A stretch of 64,000 nucleotides of DNA from Azolla caroliniana (GCA_043228905.1 JBHGNT010000010.1:19220001-19284000); one strand, 5' to 3'; positions 39,095 to 52,593 are shown, numbered from the stretch's first letter. A program made the numbers and translations. The notes: generated by a model not told the origin, from the sequence alone.

Positions 39095-40179
39095 TGCAAA
39101 TTGTTCTTCGAGAGTTAGAAAGACAAACCTGTACAATGCATAGTTAGGAGGGATCGAAAAAGGAGGATAACAAATTTGCGTGACTTTTCTTTGTCTACAA
39201 CAATACATGAATTCACAAACAGAAGTAAAATGCATGTAGCATCAACAATTAGAAATGACCATTCAACATTGATTACGACATTTTTGCGTTCTCAAAATGG
39301 TAGAGCTTAACAGCTTGAAAACAATGCTTCCCTTATTTACAAAAAAAATGTTAGTTGAATATTTAAAATTGTTGGTTGTTAATATACACAAATCGAAGGG
39401 GGAAAAAATATGATCCAATTATTTAATATTTCTATTAGATTCCTATAAATATATTGTATTCTCGCATGTTCGTTATTATGTCATGGAAAAGAAAGAGATA
39501 TGACTTAACGATACTCGTAAAGCAACTATTCCGCGACCATATCATACCACCACACCAGTCGATGTTAAATCAGACGATTTGGTTGCATTTGTGAAGTAAT
39601 AAACATTGTGTTTTCTCATGGCATTCGACATGGACAAAATGGAAGGGACAAAGTATATAGGTAGAGGGCAGGGAGGGTGCACCGAAAGAGGGATGGAGAA
39701 GGGATTGGGTCACGAGGGGAGGATGTGGCACACACATGAGAGGGAGGGACACAAGAGGCCATCCCATGGTTGCGATAAAAAAGGAAAAACAAAAGAGTCG
39801 AAAGGTAGGTGCTCTTAATATGGTGGGACTCTTATAAGTTCTATATGTATATGATATTTTAGGAAGAATCAAAGTGTAAAACTTGCTTAGATTTGAGACT
39901 ATGGTTGGTTGACAAAGCCAAAGCCAAAAAACAATGGAGAAATTGAGGGGGGGAATGATGAGGTGAAGGAAGGCATGATGATGATAGAAACTATTATATT
40001 TAATTATTTAATTATTTAATTATCTATTTATTTATTTAGTCTTCTTCCTCCTTTTATTGCTCCATCTTTTTTCCATCAATTCACACAAAAGCTTCGTTGA
40101 CATACATTATCAACACTAACAGAGCATATGCTCTGTTTCCCCCTCCATGTTTTAATACTACTCTCTTTCGCTCACACAA

Positions 40180-40186
40180 CACACAC

Positions 40187-40239
<53 letters not shown>

Positions 40240-40245
40240 GACAGA
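40180..40245. repeat. (ACACAT)n microsatellite in the 5' leader of the CC-like gene
   Basis: A directly visible hexamer array. Confidence 0.85.
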
Positions 40246-40286
40246 GAGATTGTAGAGGAAACAGGAGGCAATCATATCATTGAGAG

Positions 40287-43200
40287 ATGTATCACAATCC
40301 AACGGCCTCCTCTTCTCAGGTGCCTCCCATCAACGGTAGGCAGCACAGGAGGTCCCAATCGGCGAATCAAAGCACGGCAAATGGCTCGACATCCTCGGCC
40401 GCGAATCTCTATTATGTGGAGAGCCCCCTCCATGATGATGACCACCTATCAAGCCACAAATCACTAGCCAATCTCTCTGTGGAGTCCAGCCCTTTGCCTA
40501 GCCCCCTCGCGTCCCCCTACCACACCAAGGCGCCCGCCGCGCCGCCCGGCCCGCGATCCAATCACACCAAGCCCCGCCCGCCCGATGCGATCCTAGAAGA
40601 CTTCGAGAACGAGGGACCCGCCGGCCTTCTGCCTGATGGCCGGCCTCGTGCCCGTGCCCGTACCCGTGATCGCGGCTTGGGTGCTACCATCCGATCCATC
40701 ACCCTTTTCATATTGATCTTGGGCGCCTTGTTCGGATTCGTCGTCCTCGTCATGTGGCTCATCCTTCGCCCCGACCACCCGATTGTCACCGTTAAGGTCG
40801 GTTGGACTCTTTTACCCACTTCCTTTTTATCGCCTCATTCATTTAAACTAAATTCGTAGCTCGAAACATATATATGTATAATGATCCAAAAACTCTCTCT
40901 AACTAGTGGGGTGCCATTTTGTGGGTGAGTCGCATTGAATGTGATATCGAACATTATTTGTGAATTTTAGACATGATGAGAATAGTTGTTATATGGCAAT
41001 CCTCCACGTATGCACGTTGATTCAAATTATATGGCAAATGCCGATAAATTTGTCCTCAACTACATTATGAATCCACTTGCAATTAAGCCTCTCAAGAAAC
41101 AAGCTAGAAAAAAAAAACCCCATGGTATTGGCTAAATATGTTGATTCAAAATGTGACAAAATCACTCGAGCACGCATGTTTTCCATAGGCTCCCTCCAAG
41201 AAACTCCAAAGTAAAAGTTTGGATAACTATAAATCCCACGATGCATACGACATTAAGGAAAGGAAAAGTTAGGAAAAACTTTTTTCAAAGAGTTGTTGGG
41301 TTTCATCCTAACTCTAAAGACTTATTGGATCTCTTCATATGATGGTCCCCATTGGGGTTATCCCCACTTTATGCCAATAATAGGTGTAGACACTTGTGGC
41401 CACATAGGTTGTTCAAGTTTTCAAGGGAAAAGTTTCCTTCATTGCCCATTTGTCATGTGAGTTAAGTTCTTGGAATGAAAGGTTTTTAAAATAGTACACT
41501 TTGCTTCACTTGTGGACTCATGATTATTACACACTAATGATTGTGGTGTCTTGAGGGGCGGTTCTCTTATTAAGGCTTTCGATAGAACCACGCCCTATGC
41601 ATAATGTGACAATATTGAATCACTTGATAAATTATTTATTTTAATCCATTTATTAGATCAAAGTAAGTTTCCCTTTATGGTGTTGTACTAGGCTAGTCGT
41701 CATCACTAGGACGAAGAGGCTATGATATGTCTTTGGTTGCAACTATGTCACTTGTTTTTTCTAAAGCTCGATGGTGTTTCTTTATATCTTTAAAAGTGAA
41801 TATGAATCATCATATATCTACATACATTTATACTGCTTATTTATCCAGCATTCTATATTGCCTTGAGCTATTGAGAAAATAAGACTTGTTTATTCGTGAC
41901 AATATTTATTTGTGCGAATGAGAATGGTACATTATTGATTGTTGTTAGTTGAGACATAGAGATAGTATCAACAACATCAATGGCAAACATGAGCATATGG
42001 AAGGTTTGGAAGGATGACATTTGACAAAAGCATCAAATATTATAGAACCTTTGAAGGGCTTATGTAATGCAAACTTTTTGTTATGACGTGTACTTTTAAA
42101 CTTATTATTCCTTTGACATTTATTCAATGTCGATACAAGCCAAAACAAATACTCCTTGAAATTCTAGAGAGGAGAATAGGCATCTTGCATGTGCATTGAA
42201 AATAAAATTAAGTATTTTCATTTAGCCAAACAATACCATTTGATTCAAGATAATGCTAATTAGCATGTTACAATCCGAATTTCTTAATAATGAAATTTTC
42301 TTTTGCTCAAAAGGAAGTCATTTTTCAAAACCTCAACATTTTGTCCGGAAGCGATGCATCTGGAGTTCCAACGACGATGATCACATTCAACGGCACTGTT
42401 AAAATTGATATCAATAATAGATCTCCATACCTCAAAGTCAATGTTGAACCTTTCCAGATCGAGATATATTTATCGTTGCTTTCAATCACAACTAGCCAGG
42501 TACTACAAGTATTTTCATTGTTTTAATAAAATAACCATTCCAAAGAAACTACATGTTGCATGAGTAGGAAAACTTTGCTTTTATACATCATATAAGAGAC
42601 TTTAGACATATGTATGTACATATTCATTTCATCAAAATATTGATTGTAGGCTCACGATCTTACGCTTAAATTTAAATATAAAAATGTGATGGTCAAATGA
42701 TAAAACTTAACATTGTGGATTCAACTAGACATAAATGGGTTAAATATTTGAGATTGTGCACAATAACAAGTTACCCCAAGGGAATTACTTGCAATTCACA
42801 TTCCTAAAAATGCCTTTAGAATATTTCCCTTCTCAATTGAAATTGTAAATTTGGCAAAACTAGCAAACTATGCCTATTACTCTAGACTAGTGGTTAAGGT
42901 ATCGAAACAATACTATCAACTATTTAATTCAATATCATTATGCGCCTCATGGACACTTGTTATGTGGCTTTGAGCATGATTTAGCCTTCTTGGCACCATG
43001 GTACTATATTCATAACCACATTGTTAACATCCATCAAGAACGATTTGAATGACTATTGATGATGAAGGCACCAATAAGGTATTAATTTGTCCATTAAATT
43101 CTAAGAATCCATTGTTCACCTTTCAAGATTGACATTCATTCAAGGGCTCCTACCTAATATTCATAAGTTGGAGATGGTGGCTACACATGTGTTATAACGT

Positions 43201-46200
43201 AAGAGCCATAAGCCCAAATCCATTGTGTCTTCCACTTCTCAAGAAGGTTGGATACCAAATAGACATGAGATTTATAGTGGCTTTGTTATTCCCACATGAA
43301 ATCATAAAAGCCCATCAAAATAATGTTCATATTTCTCAGAGACCATTCAATAATCAAGGTTGGTACAAGAGTGTATGGTCAACGCATAACCTTAAAAAGA
43401 AAGTCTTGAGATCAAATTGACCATGTTGCCTTGATATAGGTCATCAAAGAGCTAAAAGTTTCACCATCCTCATTAGTACCAAACAAAATAGATCACATGG
43501 ACCTTCCAATGATCAAGGTTGGTACAAGAGCCAATAGGCATCTAATAACATAAGGTTTCAAGTTTTGTCACACAAGTGTATAGTGAAGTTTTCATTTGTG
43601 TATCAATTTCATTCTATTACTAACTTAGCTTATGGGGACTCGTGTTGTTTAATGGAGGTTCATCACCTAAAGTAGCTTAATAGATCAAGGGCACCTAAAT
43701 AGTCATCTAATAACCTAAGTCAAGTTTTGACACACAAGTGTATAATGAAGTCTTTTCTTTTCTTTTCTTTTTTTCCAAAACGTATAATGAACTCTTCATT
43801 TGTGTATTTGTTCCATTGTATTAATAACATACCTTATTGGGACTCTTATGTCATTTAATGTAGTTTCATCACCTAAAGTAGCTTCGTAGAGTAAGGGTGT
43901 TATCCTTGAAGGTATATTAAACCATTACACTCTCCCATTACTAACTTCTCAAATGTTCTAAGGGATACAAATCAAGGGGAAAGAATATTGTCCATTGGTT
44001 ATGTAGAAATCAATATGAATGCAATTAGTTATTTATTCATGTCAATTGTCATTGACATGATCCCATGGAACAAACTATTTAAAAAGGGAACTGCATACAT
44101 ATTATGTTATTGCATCTTGTGTACTACCCTTGTCACATTCATATATGGAATCTTGACACAAAGAGTTGAAGCACACTCACTTTCTTAAAATATGTTGGCA
44201 TAGAACTCTCACGCTCTACAATGTATAACATTTAAGAGGAAATGTGATTTACAAGCCACAAAAGTAAACATCCAACTTGATGCTTCCCTTTTTAGTAGGA
44301 TGGGAGGTGTCTATATAAAGAAGCAACATATTGATTAATGTAAACATAGCATGTTGGTTCCTAAGGGAGCTAATTTAAATCCATATTCTATATGGATTTT
44401 ATATTTAAAAAAATGTACCATTGGAATGGGGGATTTTATATAGCAAACAAGGAATTGCCAACAAGAACACAATTTGGTGAACTTTTCAAATGTAAATATA
44501 AAAATAGGAGTAACATTGTTGGAGGTTCTAGGTAAAATTCTTTAACAATAGGTTCAATGTGGCATTAATTATAAAAACACATTGTTTGCGATCATGCATT
44601 GTAACACTTGGGCGTTACAATTTTGGGCATTGACATTTGCCCAACACAAGGAGTACAACGTAACATTTCTATTTAAAATCAATGGGAGTCAACACATTTG
44701 GCATGTTTATTCCTGAAACAATTTTCAAAGAAGGTTTTTCCAATTGGCCTTGGAGTGTGATGTAGATGTCCAAACTTGAGATGATTTTTTTTGTATCTAC
44801 TTTTCCAAAATGTTCTAAATTCTTACACTCAAACCAAGCATGTTTTAAGTTTTCTTTATCCAACATTTTGTTTTTGAAAGTTTGTGGCTTCAACGTCACG
44901 GGAACCAACATAAGGAAACTTTGATTAAATTGTTGAAAGCCACAAGACGTCAAGTTTAACAATGAAACTTTGCTAGTATTGCTTTTAATGGGGAATGCTA
45001 TAGAATACTAGACCAAGTAGTAAAACTTTGTTAGCATTGTTTCCAATAGGGAATGCTATGGAATATTAGACTAAGTTGAACACCTATTGTGCAAGGTTGA
45101 ACCTAGTCTTATTTTGCTCTCAAATGTTAACTTTAAACCAAACTACATTCAAACTTTAAATGAAAAGTGATTGCAATTCCATAAACAATCATCTACTTCA
45201 AATTTCTTTCTAAAGCTCAAGATTGGACCAACAACCTAAACGATCAATTGCTTTCTTCAAAACCATGACCTAACTTGGGATTCTAGTATCATTATTGTGT
45301 AATCTAGTGTATTTATTATATTCTTGCACCAAAATAGTTACTCCAAAAGTAGTTCTAGCTAAGATGCTCAACTTATTCTAATTTTGCAAAATAGTAAACA
45401 CAAATTTCTCAAGTGTCATTTGTATGTACTCCAAAAATTGTTGTAAAATTATAGTCATTTTATAAACAAGGCATATTTGCATCTATCAATGTTGTGAAAC
45501 TATAATAAACATGAAAAGAATCTTTGAAAAAATTCCTGAAATTTCCTATTTGGATTAGAAGTTGATTGCCTAAAAAGATTCCACATATTGTTAAGTATAG
45601 CCCATCCAACCTAATATCATAACTATGCAAATATATCTTCAAGGGCTTGAGATGTAGGGCTAAAATGCCAAAGAGCCAAAACAACTTTTTTAATGATGGG
45701 TTGGGAAGTGTGATTATACATATGCTCATCCACAATGTGTACATGTGGCAAAATCAATACACACAAATAAAAAGGATACCATAGACGTTGTTGAGAAGTG
45801 GAAGTTCCTAACAAGGCAATGGAATCTTCCATACCAAGCTTTGACAAGTCAATCTTCGTCAAACCATTGACTTTCGGATATGCGACATAGTTACAAATTC
45901 TATTCAACTACCATGGTGATATGGGCTACAATTCAATATGAACCTTTTGGGTTGATAAAGTTTCTTGGAGCCAACTAGGTGCTCAAAACATGTGTCAAAG
46001 CTCAAGTGATGTCTCACTAAATAATGGAGGCATGTCACTTTTCTTGATCCAAAATTAATTGTATCATGTCTCTCTAAAGGGAAACCGTCTTTGGATGGGT
46101 AGGGAAGCAACAAATGTATTTTTGTAAAACAAGTGGTCATATATTATGAGCATTAAGTTTCTGTATTGATACTAACATTCCTTATCCACTTTTGTTCAAC

Positions 46201-46496
46201 TATAGGTTGATAATTATGTACAAGGCAAGAATAGCGAAAAAGTTGTCCCAATTAATATTCAAGCTGAATTGGTTCCTCTATATGGGGCAAGCAGTGAAGT
46301 ACCTACAACCACCGACACCAATCAGGGTTATGATATTCCACTCAATTTGACTACTTCGATTTGTTCTCGTTATTTAATAATAGGAAAGATGCTCACCTCC
46401 AACTTTTGGACTAGAGTAACGTGTGACTTGACAACCAATACTAAAACATTGTCTCTTGCCTCTCCAATAGCCAAATCATGTTCGAACCTTTCATAA
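40287..46496 (+). CDS. CC1: COMPANION OF CELLULOSE SYNTHASE-like protein (disordered N-terminus, single TM helix, LEA_2 domain), 328 aa, 3 exons
   Basis: Exons 40287-40796, 42314-42499 and 46206-46496 are GT-AG, phase 0, and total 987 nt. The motifs YYVESP, SPLPSPLASP, GLLPDG, the TM helix, P.VTVK, GSDASGVPTTMIT.N.T, QGKNSEK.V, VPLYGAS, SRYLIIGKM and VTCDL..KSC parallel Arabidopsis CC1/CC2. The symbol denotes the family, not proven orthology. Confidence 0.88.
43559..43897. repeat. Imperfect tandem duplication (~135-175 bp) in CC-like intron 2
   Basis: CAAGTTTTG.CACACAAGTGTATA...CATCACCTAAAGTAGCTT..TAGA..AAGGG occurs twice. Confidence 0.7.
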
Positions 46497-46883
46497 TCGT
46501 TCATTTAAGCATGAGATGATGGTAATGATGATTGTAATTCACTTTTATGGTACTAATGAGAAATGTAACCTTGTCTCCTACTTATTTGAGCCACTCACTA
46601 TATACGTTTTACGTATATTTATAATATGCTACATTAAAGCCCACAAGCCTCAAATGTTGCCTCTTGTCTAAGCATTGGATCTTGTTGTCTTGTTTACATA
46701 TTTTCTAGCAATGAGAACTCCCAACTTAGTAGAAGGTGATCAACCACCACGAGAGTACATACATAGAGTATTGGATACATCGGGTGGAGCGGCTGAAAAT
46801 TTCTTTTATTGTACATTCATGTGATAGAAATACAAAAGTAGATATTTATACTAAAAAAGTAAGCCTATTATGCACATACAAGA

Positions 46884-47690
46884 TGACGGGAACTCAACGC
46901 TCCGTTTGCGCAACGCTCGGCCGCAACCGAGCTTAGGATCATACACAGAAAACGGGAAATAACGAACGACACAATGGAAGAGAAGAGTACGCAGGATGTT
47001 TAATGTGGAAAAACCCCAAACTAGGGAAAAAAAACCACGGCACCCCACAGGCTGCAAACTATCACTAGGTTAATATGTACAGCAGTGAGTTCACGGAGGC
47101 AACAACCTCGTGCTCACAATCTTCGCCACAGGCGGCGGTTACAATAGAGGCAACAACCTCTTTCTCTCTCTCTCTCTCTCGGTACACTGTTTCGCGCTCT
47201 GATCTCACGCAGACAAGAAACAATAATACCAACAAATATTAAAAGTTTGCCCTAAGTCATATTTATACTAATATGACTTTTCGGCTATTTACAAATATAG
47301 CCTCGATGGACTCTCAGAAACATATTTACGAATATGTCTCTTCATCCGGTTCTCATCGGGTCTGTACCATCCGGCTCTCCGTAGCCGGGTACTCCTCATC
47401 CGGTTCATACCGGGTCTGCACCATCCGGCTCTCCGTAACCGGGTACTCCTCATCCAGTTCATACCGGATCTGCACCATCCGGCTCTCCGTAGTCGGGTAC
47501 TCCTCATCCGGTTCATACCGGATCTGCACCATCCGGCTCTCCGTAGCCGGGTACTCCTCATCCGGTTCATACCGGGTCTACACCATCTGGCTCTCCGTAG
47601 CCAGGTACTCATACGGTTTCTGCCTCGACCGAGCTTGTTCATCAGCACTGTTCTTCTCCCTTCCCATCCGGAGGGACCTGTCTCCCAACA
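46884..47690 (-). repeat. 3' LTR (807 bp) with five 54-bp tandem units at ~47338-47612
   Basis: Direct repeat of 51778-52593. The unit is CTCCTCATCCGGTTCATACCGGGTCTGCACCATCCGGCTCTCCGTAGCCGGGTA. A minus-strand TATAAAT lies at 47267-47261. Confidence 0.97.
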
Positions 47691-47700
47691 AACTCCCCCT

Positions 47701-50700
47701 TCACTCCGGCATGGGGTGTCTTACCAGTCCGATCCTCTTCCGGCATGCGTCCAGCTTATCGGGTGTCAGCACTTTGGTCAGCATATCTGACCCGTTCTTG
47801 GCCTTGTGGATCTTCGTCAGTGCGAACTCCTGGTCATCTACTCTTTCCCGGATCCAGTGATACCTCCGCTGGATATGCTTCGTCCAGGAATGGTAGGCTG
47901 CATTTTTAGCAAGATGGATGGCACTTTGACTGTCGCAATAGAGTCGGTATTCATCTTGCCGGATACCGAGCTCTCCGATGAAGTCCTTCATCCATAATAT
48001 TTCCTTGCCGGCTTCCACAGCCGCCATGTACTCCGCCTCCATGGTTGACAATGCAACCGTCTTCTGTAGCCTCGACTGCCACGAGACAGCTCCCCCTGCA
48101 TATGTCATTACATACCCGGATGTAGACCGGTTGGTATCCACATCAGCCGACATGTCCGAGTCGGTGAAACTGTCAAGTTGAGGTCTTCCGGAGCCGAATC
48201 GGAGACACATATTTGAAGTGCCCTTCAAATACCAGAGTATCCATTTGACAGCGTTCCAGTGCTCCTTGCCGGGATTGCTCATAAACCGGCTCACCACTGC
48301 GACTGCGTATCCTATATCCGGTCGGGTACAGACCATTGCGTACATCAAGCTCCCGACGGCAGAGGCATATGGAATCTTCATCATATCCGCCTTCTCTGCT
48401 TTCGTCTTCAGGCTCTGCTTACCGGATAGCTTGCAGTTTGCCGGAAGTGTCGATCCGATCGGTTTCGCTTCTGACATGTTGAACCGGTGAAGCACCTTTG
48501 TCACGTACTTCTCATGTGACTGCCATAATTGCTTCTTTGACCAGTCCCGAATGATGTGCATCCCCAACATCTGTCTTGCCGGACCCAAGTCTTTCATTGA
48601 GAAGGTCCGGTTGAGAGCCTTCTTCAGCATCCGTATTTTGACTTGGTCACGTCCGACGATCAACATGTCATCCATGTACAGAAGGAGTATAAGAAAGTTG
48701 CCTCCTTCGAACTTCTTCACAAACACGCAGTGATCGGCCTGCGTCTTGTGGTGCCCTTGATCAGTCATGAAGGAGTCGAACTTCCGGTACCATTGCCGGG
48801 GGGCTTGCTTCAACCCATAGAGGCTCTTCTTCAACCGGCATACCAGGTGCTCCTTCCCTTTCTCCACGAATCCTTCCGGTTGTTGCATGTAGATCTCCTC
48901 TTCGAGGTCGCCGTGAAGGAATGTCGTCTTCACGTCCAGCTGCTCTACCTCAAGGTCCATGCTTGCCGCTATACTCAGCACCGTCCGGATGGAGGTCATC
49001 TTTACAACCGGGGCAAATATCTTGTCAAAGTCCATGCCCTTTTTCTGCTGGAACCCCTTCACCACGATCCTGGCTTTGTATCTTGGGGGGTTGTTGGCAT
49101 CTCCCGGTTTCAATTTGTACACCCACTTGTTTCGGAGTGCCCGCTTTCCTTTCGGCAACTCCACCAATTCGTACGTATGGTTCTCATGCATGGAATCCAT
49201 CTCATCCTGCATGGCACTTAACCATTTGCGGCTATGGGTGTCATCCTTTGCTTCTTCGAAGCTTTCCGGCTCCCCCTCATCGGTCAGCAGCACATGCTCT
49301 GCATCCGGAAATCTCCGGGGGGCCCTTCTCTCTCTAAGAGGATATCTCCGTCTTTGGGCTTCGGTAACCGGCTCCTCCATTTGCTCTTCATCCAAATCCG
49401 ATTCGGGGTCTAGACCGGTTCCAGTCTCAGCTTCCTCTACTTCTTCTTCTGTCGGTTCGGTATCCTCACCGTAACCGGCTGGTTCCTCGAGTGCTAACTG
49501 CTCTCTTGCCGGTTGGGTCTGCTCATCGTAGAATCTATCCTTACCGGTCGACTCAGAGTTCATTATCTTCTTCTCCGACTCTCAGTCGGCGAGCGTCTTG
49601 TCCTCCATGAAGATAATATCTCGACTCCGGAATACCTTCTTGTCGACCAGGTCCCACACTCGGTAGCCGAACTCATCGTCACCGTAACCGAGGAATATGC
49701 ATGGCCGGGTCTTTGGATCTAACTTTCCTCTCCGGTCCTTAGCTACATGCACGTATGCGAGACACCCGAACACCTTCAGATGCCGGTAGGATACTTCCTT
49801 ACCGGTCCACACTCTCTGTGGCGTGTCTCCGTCCAAGGGTACTGAGGGTGATCTATTTATCACATATGTCGCCGTCGACAGTGCCTCAGCCCAAAACTTC
49901 TTGGGTAGTTTTGCATGCACTAGCATACTCCGGACCCTCTCCATTATGGTCCGGTTCATCCTCTCGGCCAGTCCGTTTAGTTCTGGCGTCTTCGGCACGG
50001 TAAATTCGAGCCGGATTCCCTTCGAGCGGCAGTACTCCTCGAACTGTCCCCGGTATTCTCCTCCGTTATCTGCTCGAACCGCCTTCAGCTTCTGGCCGGT
50101 TTCTCTTTCCACTCTCGCGTGGAGCTCTTTGAAGACGGATAACACCTGATCCTTCGTCTTCAACGACGTGGCCCACAGCTTCCGACTGTGGTCATCTATG
50201 AACGTCACGAAGTACTGCGCTCCGGCATGTGAATTCGTGTCTACTTGACACACATCCGTATGCACCAACTCCAGTGGTGCATTACGTCTCATCAGTGGCC
50301 TTGGTCGGAAGGAGGTCCGGTTCTGCTTACCGGCCAGACAATCAGTGCACTTTTGTAAGTGCACTTTCTTCACTGGAATGAGGTTGTCGTCTGCAAGCCT
50401 CTTCATCCCCTTCTCGCTCATATGACACAACCTCTTGTGCCACAGCTCACCGGAAGTGTCGGAAACCACGTTCACTTCTTCCGGGCATAACCGGGCATTC
50501 ATCAGGTATAGTGTGTTTACCTTCCGGGCCCGAGCCACAATCAGGCTCCCTTTGCTGAACTTCATGACACCGTTCCAGATGCTACCCGTGTAGCCCTCAT
50601 CATCTAGCCGACCGACTGATATCAGGTTCAGTCGAACCTCCGGAACGTGTCGGACATCCCTCAGCAACAACTTGCATCCGGTTGGTGTCGACAGCCACAC

Positions 50701-51747
50701 GTCTCCTATGCCGACAATTCGGCATGTACCTTCATTCCCCATCAGGACACAGTCGTGATCACCGGCTGAGTAGGATGAGAAGCATTTCCGGTCCGGGGTA
50801 AGGTGGAATGACGCTCCGGAGTCTACCACCCAAGTCATCTCGTCGACGGCAAGGTTTATCTCACTCTCCTCGGTGATGAGCATCAACTCTTCTTCACTTG
50901 CCGCGATTGCCATCGTTCCCTTCCGGTCTGTTCCCCTCCGATCTTTACCGTTCCGGTCTGGGGTCCGCTTCGAATCGGTACCGTCGGTTTCCTTGTCTTT
51001 ACGGAAATGCCGACAGTTCTTTTGGAAGTGTCCCGGCTTGCCGCAATAGAAGCAAGTGGGTCTCCCTCTTGACTTTGACCGTGTCCCCGACTTCTCCCGG
51101 TTCTGGGGACTACGGTTTCTATGTCTTCCGCGTTCCGATTCGGTAAGGAGCGCTTTGGAGTTGGAGCTCGTATCTTTATCTTTCCGGCGCGCCTCCTCAT
51201 CTAGCAAGCTCGACTTTACTCTTGCTAGGGATAACCGCTTTCCTTCCGGCCCGGCGTTGCCCAAAGTGACAACCAACGTCTCCCAGCTATCCGAGAGGGA
51301 ACCGAGCAGGAGTAGCGCAAGTACCTCATCGGTGAGAGGTACTTCCAATGAAATTGCCTGGTGGATTAGCCCCTGGAAGGCATTCATGTGCTCCGCCATG
51401 CTGGAGCCATCTTGGTATCGGAGTCTTACTAGCTTCCGGAATACCGACACCTGATTAACAACATTTTTGTTCTGAAACATTATGTCGATCTTCTCCCAGA
51501 GCTCATGAGCCTTGCTCTCTTAATTGAAGTTGTTGTACAGGCTCATGTCGATGAAGCACCGTATGTACGCCGTTGTCTTCATGTGCATCACCTCCCATAT
51601 CGCGGCGTCGATTTTGTCCGGTCTCTTGTCCCCGAACTGAACCGGCAGCTAGAGGTCTTTAACCACGAGCATGTCCCTCATCTTCGACTTCCATACCGAA
51701 TAGTTGGAGCCGGTGAGCTTGAACATGCCGCCAAACGATTCGTCCAT
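47701..51747 (-). pseudogene. Copia gag-pol polyprotein (gag, CCHC, protease, GAG-pre-integrase, integrase, RT, RNaseH) with two in-frame stops
   Basis: There is one continuous frame from ATG 51747 (MDESFGGMFKLTGSNYSVWK) to 47701, with stops at 51651-51649 and 49584-49582. Motifs include CFYCGKPGHFQKNC, WVVDSGASFH, LVHTDVC, ELNGLAERMNRT, QLDVKTTFLHG, YMDDML and SDMLTK. Confidence 0.93.
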
Positions 51748-51777
51748 TTTTCTGTGTTGTTTCGCTCTGATACCACT

Positions 51778-52593
51778 TGACGGGAACTCAACGCTCCGTT
51801 TGCGCAACGCTCGGCCACAACTGAGCTTAGGATCATACACAGAAAACGGGAAATAACGAACGACACAATGGAAGAGAAGAGTACGCAGGATGTTTAACGT
51901 GGAAAAACCCCAAACTAGGGAAAAAAAACCACGGCACCCCACAGGCTGCAAACTATCACTAGGTTAGTATGTACAGCAGTGAGTTCACGGAGGCAACGAC
52001 CTCGTGCTCACAATCTTCACCACAAGCGGCGGTTACAACAGAGGCAACAACCTCTTTCTCTCTCTCTCTCTCTCTCTCTCGGTACACTGTTTCGCGCTCT
52101 GATCTCACGCAGACAAGAAATAATAATACCAACAAATACTAAAAGTTTGCCCTAAGTCATATTTATACTAATATGACTTTTCGGTTATTTACAAATATAG
52201 CCTCGATGGACTCTTAGAAACATATTTACGAATATGTCTCTTCATCCGGTTCTCACCGGGTCTGTACCATCCGACTCTCCGTAGTCGGGTACTCCTCATC
52301 CGGTTCATACCGGGTCTGCACCATCCGGCTCTCCGTAACCGGGTACTCCTCATCCGGTTCATACCGGATCTGCACCATCCGGCTCTCCGTAGCCGGGTAC
52401 TCCTCATTCGGTCCATACCGGATCTGCACCATCCGGCTCTCCGTAGCCGGGTACTCCTCATCCGGTTCATACCGGGTCTACACCATCCGGCTCTCCGTAG
52501 CCAGGTACTCCTCATACGGTTTCGGCCTCGGCCGAGCTTGTTCATCAGCACTGTTCTTCTCCCTTCCCATCCGGAGGGACCTGTCTCCCAACA
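51778..52593 (-). repeat. 5' LTR (816 bp) with five 54-bp tandem units at ~52238-52515
   Basis: Direct repeat of 46884-47690, differing in length by +6 bp in (CT)n and a 3-bp indel. It is adjacent to the PBS. Confidence 0.97.

Larger units (their letters stand above)
46884..52593 (-). mobile_element. Structurally complete Ty1/copia LTR retrotransposon (Tnt1/Tork-like), 5.7 kb
   Basis: The LTRs at 46884-47690 and 51778-52593 have TG...CA ends. The TSD CAAGA is present on both sides (46879-46883, 52594-52598). The tRNA-iMet PBS TGGTATCAGAGC lies at 51775-51764 and the PPT AGGGGGAGTT at 47700-47691. About 22 substitutions separate the LTRs (hand count). Confidence 0.98.

Noticed and set aside
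47338-47612. 54-bp repeat array as a CRISPR array, or as the repeat-protein ORFs 47273-47860 and 47289-47648
   Set aside because: The units are contiguous with no unique spacers and are duplicated in both LTRs. The ORFs stay open only because the unit length is a multiple of 3.
47806-51780. Numerous plus-strand ORFs inside the copia element
   Set aside because: They are antisense shadows of the GC-rich gag-pol frame and have no independent motifs.
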